64,000 bases of DNA from assembly GCF_964204645.1 (NCBI RefSeq), contig NC_134025.1, positions 17,211,101 to 17,275,100 on the forward strand. Reading direction: 5' to 3'. The stretch is from Tubulanus polymorphus. Lineage: Eukaryota > Animalia > Nemertea. The translations under genes were made by a program, and so were the position numbers. The notes beneath the pieces were generated by a model that did not search any database, had not been told where the DNA came from, and saw nothing but the letters and a program-made list of their open reading frames with translations. This document shows positions 22,440 to 34,050 of the stretch, in pieces (position 1 is the first letter of the stretch; each line of letters begins with the position of its first letter).

Positions 22440-23826
22440 ATGGTAGATTGTTTTCCAAAAGCTTTGCAATATAATAAATCAATTAAATATAATATTCCAG
22501 CAATAGATTTTAATAAAGATATTACATATAGAAATGAAGTTTTAGATTCATTAACTAATTTAGAAATTTATGTTACTGAAACTAATAATTTTAATGCAAA
22601 GATGGAAAATATATTTCATGTCTATTTAATTAATTTTAAAAAATTGAAAGAAGAAAAACAATGGTTATTAAAATCTAATATGAAGTATTGGCAGAACCAA
22701 TTGAATTTTGCTGTTTATTGTGCAACAACAGGTTGTGGAATTAGTTGGAATGATCATTTGAATAATTCTAAATATAAATTAATTCAAAGTTTATTTAGAT
22801 TTCATACTTATTTTCAAATAAGATTAATATTAAATGAATTAGAGACCCCTTTACCAGGATCTAGATATTTTAAAGAATTAGATATTAATATTAATTTATC
22901 AAAGTTTTATAAAACTTGTAATGAATTTAATATAGATATAAATAATTCTGATTTTAGAACAAAAATTGGAACAATAAGATCACTTCCTTGCCCTAAAAAG
23001 ATTGTAGAATATTGTGCACTTCCTATACCATCTAATAGCTTTTATAATATCGATAATAATAAATTAGGTTATGGTAAAATAGAAACAAAGGATTTAGAAA
23101 CATAAAATTTCAATAAATTACCGAAATTTTATGATAATTTAAAACAAGAAAACAATAATGGTTGGGTTTATTTCATTTTAGAAAATAATGAAGGTTTTAC
23201 AAAATCAGGTATACAAAGAATAAATCAATCTATTAGAACTTATTTGATATGTATTCTAGGATCACAGGTTGAAACAAGATCCCCAATAATTGGAAATTTA
23301 AATACATCATTTGATACACAGAAACAATTCAAAGTATTATTTGAAGATTCCATTCATAATGATAAAAATAGATCGATTCCAGAAAACATTGTAAGATATC
23401 AAAATTATTTAGATAAATCTCATGTAAGACTAGATTATTGTATAGGCCCTAATCTATTAATTATTTCTAATGATTTAGTACTAAAGATGGGAAACATAAT
23501 TGGTTACAATAATCTAATTAAAACTGCAACAATAAATAATTCATTTGGATTAAATGATATAAATAAAAAGATTATTACTGCTCCAAAATTAATGGAAGGC
23601 GAAAAAAATAAAAAACATATTCAATCAACAGAAACTAAAACTAAGAATATTAAATTAAATAATGATTCTAAACCGGATTATAATACATCAGAAAATATTA
23701 AAACTGATAATATTCAACATGAAATAATTAAAACTGATAATGATAATAAATCCCATGAAAATACTAAATTAGCTTTAACTTGTATAGGAATTGTAACAGG
23801 AGGAATATTATATCTTAAATTTCAAT
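22440..23826 (+). pseudogene. Homolog of 117..1505, frameshifted at ~23103
   Basis: Near-identical protein sequence split into two ORFs; original stop changed from TAA to CAA. Confidence 0.85.
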
Positions 23827-23841
23827 TTTTTTATTATATAA

Positions 23842-25281
23842 ATGGATGGAGAAGATATTGGAATGGATAATTTTGATGAACCTGGCATAACTGATGAACA
23901 ACAACCTGATTTTAGTGAAACAAGTTTCAATGACGGTAATGAGCCAGAACGTAATTCTAATTTAAATACACCTGCATATATTGATAAAACACGTTCAAAG
24001 ATAAGTATTGAAAATGAAGTACCAGAAATAACAGAAAAAGAATACAAATATAATGAAATTATTCATGAATTTAAACCAATGTTAAAAAGATCTGGTTTCA
24101 ATATAACAAATAAAGGTATGAATTATTTAGTAAAAGATTTGAAATATTTTAATGGTGATTATTATTGGAAATTGAAAGGCGACTATTATTTTAAGATTTC
24201 TTCTAATAAAAGTCTCGATAAAATAATAACAAAATCAACTTTAATTAAATTTGAACAATCTAGAATTAAGAAAATCATTAATGATGTTATAACTGATATT
24301 ACAGAACAAGAGATAACTCAAAATAAAAAAGAATTTAAACGAAGAAATGATGATTTTTTTGAAGATAAATAATGCAAATTTAGAACCAGAAACAACTTCT
24401 GAACAGAATAAAACTTCCAAAACTAGTAAACCTAAATCAACCGAAGTTCAAACTGAAAAACTTTTACAAAATGGGTTACTTGATGCAACAAATCAAGAAT
24501 TAGAAGATTTAAATATATTTTCTGATGAAGCAATTAGAGAAATTATTAGTATAAGAAATGAAGCTGATAAAATTGCACATAATAAAAGTATAAGAGATAT
24601 TAAAATTAGAACTTTAGAAAAAGAAGTAACTGATAAAAATAAAGAAACAGAACAATTTAAGTCTGATCTTGATAGTCAAGCAATTGTTGAAATGGAATAT
24701 AGGCAAAAAGAATTACGTTTAGAAAAAGAAATTAATAATTTAAAAGATAATTTAGAATTACAAAAAGAAGAAATTAAATCATTATTAAAATCATATGATT
24801 ATAATATTAATAGATTAAAAGTTATTTTTAAAAATTTGTTGATAAAACCAAATTCTGAAGTATCATTGAAAGATAGAATAAAATTATTATTTAAATTAGA
24901 ACAATTCTTTCAATTCTAACAGCTGTAACTATGTTATTTACAACAATTGGTTTAGCAATATCAAATTCTTTGAAATCTACTCCTACTCCCAATAAACATG
25001 ATAAACCCCCGAATGATAATAATTCTATACAAGATAAAGTTAAAGATGGTTTAAAGAAATTAGCAAAACATTTATGGGAACTATCTAAAAAATCTGCTGC
25101 AGCTTTACCAGGAATTATTGCATCAATTTTTGGTTTTATATTGAAATCAGCTGGGAATATTCTTAACTTTGCTGCTGAACATATTATTTTATTTTTAATT
25201 ACCGTTGTAAGTGCTATTATTTTTGGGTTAGTGAATATGATATCAAAAAGATATCAAGAAAAAATAATAAAAAATGAATAA
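23842..25281 (+). pseudogene. Homolog of 1522..3117, disrupted, with a different central domain
   Basis: Shares EDIGMD.FD.PGIT at the N-terminus and the coiled-coil/TM C-terminus; three ORF pieces. Confidence 0.85.
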
Positions 25282-25301
25282 TTAATTTTTTTGTTAAATA
25301 A

Positions 25302-26548
25302 ATGAGTGGGAGTTATATAAGTCCTTCTAAGATTTCTAGAATATCTAATGCTATTTAAGCAGAAAGATCACATCATATAATTACTCATAATCCTTCAAAT
25401 ATTAATCCCGATGAAACTTTATTTGTTAGAATTCCTAGATTAACACAAAATACTTTTTATGTTCCAAATAGTATTTATTTATCAGCCGATATAAAAGTAA
25501 CTGGTCATGATAATAATTATGTTGTCGATAATGTTGGGAGATATTTGATTAAAAAATTAAGTATAAAGATCGGTCCAGAAACAGTTTTCTCATTAGATGA
25601 TTATAATTTATTTATGCATTATAAAGATTTATGGTTAACTAAAGAAAATAGAAAATTATGATATTTCAAGGTATTCAATCGGAAAACCATAATAAATTAA
25701 GATCAGGAGCTAATGACGCAATAGTAACTCGTGCCGCAGATAATTTGATTAAAAAGATTTATGGAAGCAAATATAAAATTCCATTAGACTTTGAATTGAT
25801 AAATAATAATGCACCTTTATATAAATATGTAATTCAAGAAGATATTATATTTGAGATAACATTTGCTCCTGTAAATGAAATTGTATTATCTAGCGTTGTT
25901 AAAGATATGGTATATAAATTATCGAATATATGTTTAGAATATGACACAGTAACTAATGAAAATATTGCTAGCACAATTCAAACTCAATACAATCAAGGAT
26001 TTTTATTATTATATGATTATATTGATAAATTTAAAACTGTAACTATTATTGCAAATGATGAAATAATTAATGAGAATATTAACTTCCCAAGAAGATCTGT
26101 TAAAGGTATATTAATATTTTTTACCATTGCAACATATTCTAATGGCGCAATAAATGTTGATAATTATTATAATCCTGAAATAACGAAAGCAGAAATAACT
26201 ATCGAAGGAATAGCAAATAAAATATTTTGGCAAGGAATGAGAATGATTGATCAATGGCCAGAAAATAGAAAACATTTTATGAATGACAAAGTAAAATCAT
26301 TTGAAAATTGTAATATTAATCAAATTGATTATTATACCGGCAATAAATATGCATTATGGTTTGATTTCAGAACAACAGAGGATAATTAATTACATGGTTC
26401 TGGAAAAAAACTACAGAACACTAAAGATGGAATACAATTATTCATGAAAAAGAAAAAAGGAAGCTTAAATTATAAAATGCACATTTATATTATATCTGAC
26501 GCACAATTAAATATTGTAAATTCACAATTAGATAGTATTCAATATTAG
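25302..26548 (+). pseudogene. Major capsid protein, full length (~415 codons) with stops and a frameshift
   Basis: Collinear with the copy A and copy C fragments; beta-rich character; sits between the membrane genes and the integrase. Fold not verified. Confidence 0.7.
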
Positions 26549-26578
26549 AAATATAAAGTTAAAATTAACGATATATAA

Positions 26579-27705
26579 ATGGGTGGTAAAAAAACTCCTA
26601 ATACTAAAGAACAATATTTAAGAAATTTATATTACAACCCTGAGAGTTCGGTTGCTTATTCTTCTAACAAAAATATATGGCGTCAAGTAAAACAAGATAA
26701 ATTAGATAGGATAATCCCACAAAATTTAGTTAAATATAAAGATATAAATGAATTCATGTTAGAACAACCAACATACACAACACATAAAAAAATTGTTAGA
26801 AAATATAAAACTCGTAAAACTATGGTAAGTTATGTAGATCAACAGTGGCAAGGAGATTTATTGATATGAAAAATGTTAAGAAAGATAATAATGATTATTG
26901 GTGGTTATTGAATATAATTGATATTTTTAGTCGTTATGTATGGAGTTTCCCACTTTATAGAAAAGATGCTGTACAAACATCAAATGTTTTAAGAAAATTT
27001 CTTTTGGATGATAAACTAAAACCAGAAAAAATACAATTTGATGATGGAAAAGAGTTTGATAATTCACTTGTTCATGAACTCTTGGATAATCATAATATTA
27101 AATATTTTTCAACAAAATCGGATAAAAAAGCAGCAGTTGTTGAACGATTTAATAGAACATTAAGAACAAGAATGTGGAAATACTTTACAGCAAATAATAC
27201 TTTTAAATGGATTGATGTTTTACCAAAATTGATAGAAGGATATAATAATTCTTATCATTCTTCTATTGGAATGAAACTTATTGATGCTAGAAAACCTGAA
27301 AATGCTGAAATTGTTTGGAATAATTTATATGGAGCATTTCTTGTAGATGATTTTGGTGAACCTAAATTTAAAGTTGGTCAAAATGTTAGAATTTCTAAGT
27401 ATAAAAAGATATTTGACAAAGGATACGATCGAAATTTTACTAGAGAAATATATAAAATAAAAAAGGTAATAACAACAAAACCATATGTCTATAAATTAGA
27501 AGATTTAGATGGTGAAGAAGTTGATGGCTACTTTTACGAAGAAGAATTAAGTTTAACTACTGAAAATCTAGAACAAGAATATAAAATTGAAAAAGTATTA
27601 AAAACAAAAACTGTTAAAAGAAAAAAATATTCTTTAGTAAAATGGGTTGGATGGCCAGATAAATTCAATGAATGGATATTATCAAGTAAAATTAAAAATA
27701 TATAA
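26579..27705 (+). pseudogene. rve integrase with chromodomain, one frameshift at ~26860
   Basis: WQGDL/IDM, IDIFSRY, QFDDGKEF, ERFNRTLR, LVKWVGWPDKFNEW. Confidence 0.93.
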
Positions 27706-28314
27706 ATGAATAAGGAATTATTTATATTTGAGCCTCATAATATGTTAATTTCTGGTGTAACAAATTGTGGAAAAACTTATTTTATATTAAATTTATTAGA
27801 AACTGTTTATGAAAACTATTTTGATAATATAGTATTATTTTGTCCAACATATGAATTTAATCAAACTTATGATAGAAATATTACTAGAAATAATAAATTT
27901 ATTATATTAGATCCTAAAACAGTAAAAGACAATTTAGATAATTGTATTAAAATAGCAATAGATATTTATAAAGGATCAAATACATTATTCATTATAGATG
28001 ATTGTGCAAATTTACATGATTCAAAAATTAGAGAGAGTGAGTTATGTTATTTAGCTTTTTCTGGTAGACATTTTGGGATAACAACTTGGGTTTTAAATCA
28101 AAAATATAATTCAATTGTTTAAGACTTTAGAGAAAACATTAGATTTCTAGTTTTATTCTACAATAAAGATAGAAAATCGATGAAAAATGCACTTGAGGAA
28201 AATGATATTATTCCACATGATTTACATAATGAATATATGGATAAGTTGAAAAATATTAAAAGATCAAAATTACTATTTAGATAACAACACCCATTTAAAT
28301 ATGAATTTATTTAA
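27706..28314 (+). pseudogene. Packaging ATPase with in-frame stops
   Basis: GVTNCGKT, FIIDD, SGRHFGIT; homology continues past the stop at 28122. Confidence 0.9.
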
Positions 28315-28317
28315 ATT

Positions 28318-28590
28318 CAACTAGCTTGTTAATCTATTACATATTTAGTTACATTCTAGTTGAATTCTAGTTATTAGTAGTTGGAACAAAAAAATAAATA
28401 AAAACAACAATATTTTAACTAGCTTGTTAATCTAGTATATTTTTAGTTACATTCTCGTTGAATTCTAGTTATTGGTAGTTGGAACAAAAATCAACTAGAT
28501 TTAACAAGAAATAAATAAAAACAACAATATTTCAACTAGCTTGTTAATCTAGTTGAATTCTAGTTACATTCTAGTTGAATTCTAGTTGCA
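28318..28590. repeat. CTAG-rich intergenic repeat, about 3 units (second copy at 52775-52950)
   Basis: AACTAGCTTGTTAATCTA.. TTACATTCTAGTTGAATTCTAGTT is repeated. Confidence 0.8.
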
Positions 28591-28619
28591 ACAACACAAT
28601 TGATTTTTTTGTTATATAA

Positions 28620-29228
28620 ATGGGAGGTGAAACGAAAATAAAATCTAAAAATGGTGATGTTCCAATCGAAAAAACTTTAGATGATTTAGGAATAACAGAA
28701 AACAAATTAATTCCAGATGATGGTGCTTTAAATAATGTTACAACAAATAATAATTATGAATATTATCTTTATTGTAAACATCAATTAGAAATATTGATAG
28801 CATCTGGAAAATGTAAAAATTTTACCGGTAAAAATTTAACTTATAATGAATTAGATACAATGAAATCAGATGAAATTATTAGATTATTTAAGATTTATGA
28901 AACCGCGAGAACAGCTAGAATTAATGACGCGATATCAGAAAATGTAGTAAAAGGTTATAGTAAATTATGTAATTATATGCTACCAATTGAAGATGAAAAT
29001 AGATTATATTCCGATTTAAAAATGATTATTTAGTTATGACTGAATTAAATAAATGGATTGGATATTTATCATTTCAATAATTTGGATTTATGACATTATT
29101 ATCAACTAGGGTTATAACATTTTCAAATATTGAAAGTAAAAATATTTCTATAATAAATGAACAAGGCGGAAGAAGTGAAGGAATTAACTGTGAAGAAAAA
29201 ACCGAGATCACAGAAACAAATTGAATGA
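28620..29228 (+). pseudogene. Homolog of 7374..7976, frameshifted
   Basis: YEYYLYCKHQLEILIASGK, ARINDAIS, LYSDLK. Confidence 0.8.
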
Positions 29229-29525
29229 TCTCGGCAATTAGGAATTAAATCACAAGAATATAAAAAAGCTGTAAAAGAAAAAATAAGTAATAAAAATGTT
29301 AATAAAAATAGTGAAAATATTGTTATTTCTACTCCTTCTAATAATAGAATATTTGATAAATGTCTATATTTTACAGTTGGATTTGTAATTGTATTCATTT
29401 TGATTGGGTGTAATTGGTATAAGAAATCAAATAAAATTCATGATATTAATAATTCTGAAACAACTGCTATCAAAAATGAAAATACTTCTGAAATTCCAAA
29501 ATTGATAATAAAAAAAATGGATTGA
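29157..29525 (+). pseudogene. Small basic single-TM protein
   Basis: TAAATG start; KKKPRSQKQIE*SRQLGIKS followed by a TM segment; homologs at 7013 and ~53506. Confidence 0.6.
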
Positions 29526-29662
29526 TATTTTAGAAAAAAAGCAAAAGAATAATTGAATATCTCACTACTTTTGTCTATCTATGCGGAGCAATTAAATTGT
29601 CCAGATAAGTCATTTCGGATTCTAGATATTCATTATTTTTATTAATTTATTTTTTTTAAAAT

Positions 29663-31103
29663 TTAATCAACAATTTCTAAATCATGATGACCGTCTTCAT
29701 TTTTTCCATGATAGATTATTTTAAATCCTTCTAAATCTTTTAATTCCTCTATACTCAATGAAACCCATTTATCAGGTAAAAATACTTTAAATTCTCGCGA
29801 TGTACTAACATTGCAGTAGCTTAAATTAGCTGATACTGATATAACAAAGCGACAGTTTATGACATTTTTTCTCACATTGTATCATGTTTTATCTATCATA
29901 TATTCCCATTTATCAGATTTTGTAATCGATTATATAATAATGAAATTGATTTTATAGTGGATGTACCGAGTTTTATATCCATCAAAATGTGGATATTCGT
30001 TGTCTGGGAACAATAACAGTTCAGTATTTTGATAGTTAAGTATTTCGAAACTTTTCCCGTGGGCAGCAACACAATGTTGTTATCTGCTGCTAACGAAATC
30101 CAGGAGGTCAGTCATCTGGCCTCCATTAAGCTGCTTTAAGATGTGTGTAAACATCCTCTGCCCTCTCTGCCGAAAATAGTCCTCGTATGCAATTTTGTTA
30201 TAACTGTTTCATATCAAAGCGACAACTTAGAATTTTGACCAGGCAACGAGTATCCACCAATTATCTTTAACCAGTTTTTGTTTTTGACCAATCAGAAGAA
30301 TTGGGGTTGGGTGAGATCGGGACCCAAGATCGGTCTTGGGTCACATTTGCCTTCTACGATTCGAGAAATAAACAGCTTTAGCTTTGGAATTATACACTAT
30401 CATACTATAACTACGGATATTGTTACATTATATATTTTAAAGGTAAGAAGACTTTGTTTTTAAATCTATCAATTTTGAAGATAACTGAATTGACATTGAT
30501 AATTGTGAAGTCATATTATTCATAGTGGATTATGATTGAAATATTAGAGAGAAGAATATATCAGTCAGAGTTGAGCACACGCCGCTCTACCTTAAGTTGG
30601 CTAAAAGTCTATGATGCTTACTAGCTCACGTCCGCTAGTTGGTCAAGACCGATCTGAATTAAGATTAACGTATATAACGAATGTTAGTTTCATTACTACG
30701 ATTATAATAGAAAGAGATAAAATGACTGTAGTGTCGCAAATAGTTGCATGAATATCTATATGTATATCAAACAATTACTACTATCATATGAAATATTGTA
30801 ACACATTTGCCTTCCACGATTCGAGAAATAAACAGCTTTAGCTTTGGAATTATACACTATCATACTATAACTACGGATATTGTTACATTATATATTTTAA
30901 AGGTACCGAGCTTAGTTCCCCGAGCACCGGCTTTCGTTAGGGTGCTATACTTTCTCTCCATATTTAGTTTTTATCTTTTCTAATTTCAATATTTTATGTT
31001 CAATTTCTTTTGTAACATCAACTAACTTTTTTATTTCAAATTGTTTTTTTGCTGGTTTTATTCTGTTATTTATTGTTGCTAAGAATGCTTTTCTATCTCC
31101 CAT
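29663..31103 (-). pseudogene. Small protein (~108 aa, possible OB-fold/ssDNA-binding) split by a 1.1-kb insertion
   Basis: Rejoined it reads MGDRKAF..KIKTKYGEKV|SANL..FKVFLPDKW..IIYHGK; uninterrupted but frameshifted copy at 55299..55626. The function is a guess. Confidence 0.65.
29838..30946. mobile_element. Unclassified non-coding insertion with ATACT on both flanks
   Basis: Absent from copy C (~55470); internal ~100-bp direct repeat (30342 and 30802); 3' hairpin AGCACC...GGTGCT. Confidence 0.75.
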
Positions 31104-31125
31104 TTATAAGGAAAACAAATTACTT

Positions 31126-31498
31126 GTGGTGATGAGTGGGGATTACATCCCCCTATAAGCACGCTATTAACCGTTCTCACCCAAGCCTCACAGCATCTAT
31201 TTATCCCCGGGCACAGTTGACACGCAATCACTGTACTACAGTAATAGCACGCGCGTTAATAACCGTTCTCAGTAGCGACTCACTGTATCGATCTATCCAC
31301 GCGCAGATGTTGTTACGCGCACTCACTGTATATGTGTATCACAGAGCAATCGTCCGTTCTCACTAGAGCCTAGCTGTGATGAGTGGTGTCTCGCCCTCTC
31401 GCCCTCTGATCTGAAACCCACATCTTCCAATTACTGTGGTGATGAGTGGTGTGTCGCCCTCTCGCCCTCTGGTATGAAAACGTCATTTTCCAATTACT
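31126..31498. repeat. Terminal repeat region and probable right end of copy B
   Basis: GTGATGAGTGG..TCGCCCTCTCGCCCTCTG..CCAATTACT units; homologous sequence ends copy C at ~55711; a CT-3' end fits Polinton AG..CT termini. Confidence 0.6.
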
Positions 31499-31544
31499 AG
31501 CGTCCATTTTATGTGTAGGAAAGGTTTTATTCGGATTTCGATAA

Positions 31545-31750
31545 TCGTTCTGGAAATGTTATAAGATACCTTTGACAACGTTCATTTACCGTTGTAGTGA
31601 AACGTTGATTTAACGTTGTAGTGAAACATTGATTTAACAGCTAAAAAACTTAACAAATGGATGTATTACAAACGTTCTGGCAACGTTTTATTCAAACGTT
31701 ATAATGTTGTAATTAAACATTCTTATAACGTCCATTTAACGTTTATTTAA
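31545..31750. repeat. AACGTT-rich short repeats (likely a transposon subterminal remnant)
   Basis: Multiple AACGTT / CGTTGTAGTGAAAC units. Confidence 0.5.
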
Positions 31751-31815
31751 AAAATAGCCAAATATCAGATAAAATATCCAGTCTTCTCATTCCGATCAGG
31801 GCTCAGGGCGACTGG

Positions 31816-32744
31816 CTCCTACTAAATACCGACTGGAGCCGACTGAAACCGGCCGAAGCCGACCGGAACCGACTGGAAACCGACTGGAGCTCCAATCGAA
31901 AATAAATGAAGACAATAATGTTCATCAATAACATAATCATTTTATTATTTCTATACATGACGATGAAACTTTAAATTTTTTTTCAAGTTCAATAGACAAT
32001 AAAAATTATTTTCTTATCATAATATTATTCACATCGTTATTAATATTATTTCTATACATTCTCATCAATAACGAAAATTGTTTTCTTATCATTATAACAT
32101 TCACATCATGATTATTTTTACATTTCTATCATATTCTATCATTATATATTTACTTCAAGGATATTTCATACATCTCTCTTTAATATTCACTATTATCTTG
32201 TTAAGATCCCCTAAGTTTGCCTTGCCTTAATTCCTTTAGTTTGTAACTGTCCTTGTATTGTATTTCTAAATTTCTCTACGCTCTCGTCCTTTGATTAAAC
32301 TTTAATATTCACTATTGTCTTGTTAAGATCACCTAGGTTGCCATGCCTTAATTCGTTTAGTTTGTAACTGTCTTTGTATTGTATTTCTAAATTTCTCTAC
32401 GCTCTTGTCCTTTGATTAAACTTTAATATTCACCATTGTCTTTAAGCTAAAAAATTCAACTCTGGTCACCTTTGACTCTGGACATTGACAACTAGGGGCC
32501 TGAACATCGGAAAAGCTTTTAACAAATCATCGTATCCTTTATCGAAACGTACAGCGAACTGAAAAAATCATATACATTCATTCTATTTATTAATTTTTTT
32601 TATGCGAGTCACGTCGCTAAATATATTAGATCTAGAGCTAAGTATATTGGATCTAGAGCTCCAGTGAGTTTCCAGTCGGTTCCCAGTCGGCTCCAGTCGG
32701 TTTCCGGTCGGTTCCGGTCGGCTCCAGTCGGTATTTAGTAGGGG
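31816..32744. mobile_element. Non-autonomous TIR element with CCGACTGG subterminal repeats
   Basis: CCTACTAAATACCGACTGGAGCCGAC.. versus ..GTCGGCTCCAGTCGGTATTTAGTAGG; internal ~120-bp tandem duplication; related end at ~57610-57663. Confidence 0.8.
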
Positions 32745-33470
32745 CGGGGCGACTACCTGGCCAGGATTTCGCTCGGGTACAAGAATTAATATCTTTTCCC
32801 AGAGGAGGAATTATACTTCCCCCAATATTTTCGTAACCCGATTATATTGTCTCAGGGCGAATCCGAGTAGCAAACGCCTATTTTATTTATTATAGGCCTA
32901 TGCATGACAAATAAACATTATGAGTTTTCCGGTTTGCTCGGCTACCCGTACTGGCGGAGTAGTCTAGAGAGGCCAATGAAAACTCCGGTTTGCTGAACCA
33001 CCCCTCTTTGCGGGGATGCGGTATGATGTTTGATCTGGCAGTTTCAAGTGGTTAATGGCTGTTTCAAGTGCTTACAACGATGCTTATTACTCCGTGGTAC
33101 ATGGTGGTTTAAAAAAAGATTTCATAATAATACGCTCACCGCGTGGGCTTCGTAGAAAGACCACTACCTGTGACCTTCCTAAATTTTAATTGTCCTGTCC
33201 GATTTGGTTTCATCCAATTGAGAGACTGCCTTTTCCAGTTAGGGCATTTTAGGATCACGTCACTCCAGGAAATGACTTAACGCTTTTGGGCCCCTTTGTC
33301 GGTTCCACATGTTTCATTTGAGCTATAGACCACAATGGTGACACCATGATGGTCAGTAACTGACCAATTGAGATATCCCCGAGTCTGAACACTTGACTTC
33401 GAATTTCGGAAATTTATCATGTAATGTTTGTTTTCAAACTACTTAGGAATCATCATTGCAAATTATTCAC

Positions 33471-34050
33471 TGACCATCACTGACCACCAATGACCACAAT
33501 TCAAACTTTTCGAATATGAAAACGATATACCGCGTTGTGGTGTCAAACTAGAAAGGATTCGCCATTGAAAATTAATAAATTGACCATCACTGACCACCAC
33601 TGACCAATTTAAACTTCTTGAAAGAACGATAACCGGTACCGCATTAGATGTGAAACAAGAAAGGATTCGCCAATAAAAATTAATAAATTGACCATCACTG
33701 ACCACCACTGACCAATTGAAACTTCTTGAAAGAATGATATACCGGTACCGCATTTGGTGAGAAACTAGAAAGGATTCGCCATTAAAATTCATAAATTGAC
33801 CATCACTGACCACCACTGACCAATTGAAACTTCTTGAAAGAACGATATACCGGTACCGCATTTGATGTGAAACTAGAAAGGATTCGCCATTGAAAATTCA
33901 TAAATTGACCATCACTGACCACCACTGACCAATTGAAACTTCTTGAAAGAACGATATACCGGTACCGCATTTTGGTGTGAAACTAGAAAGGATTCGCCAT
34001 TAAAATTCATAAATTGACCATCACTGACCACCACTGCCCAAGTGAAACTT
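33471..34050. repeat. ~109-bp tandem repeat, about 5.3 units
   Basis: TGACCATCACTGACCACCA at 33471, 33581, 33689, 33797, 33906 and 34015. Confidence 0.95.

Larger units (their letters stand above)
16080..31498 (+). mobile_element. Polinton/Maverick-like endogenous virus, copy B (left arm missing, right terminus probably present)
   Basis: Contiguous pPolB, ZnF, minor capsid, membrane proteins, major capsid, integrase, ATPase, accessory ORFs and terminal repeats; many single stops and frameshifts. Confidence 0.9.

Noticed and set aside
25302-29525. Alternative genetic code or programmed readthrough to explain in-frame stops
   Set aside because: Stops differ between copies, align to sense codons in the homologs, and co-occur with frameshifts and deletions, which indicates decay.
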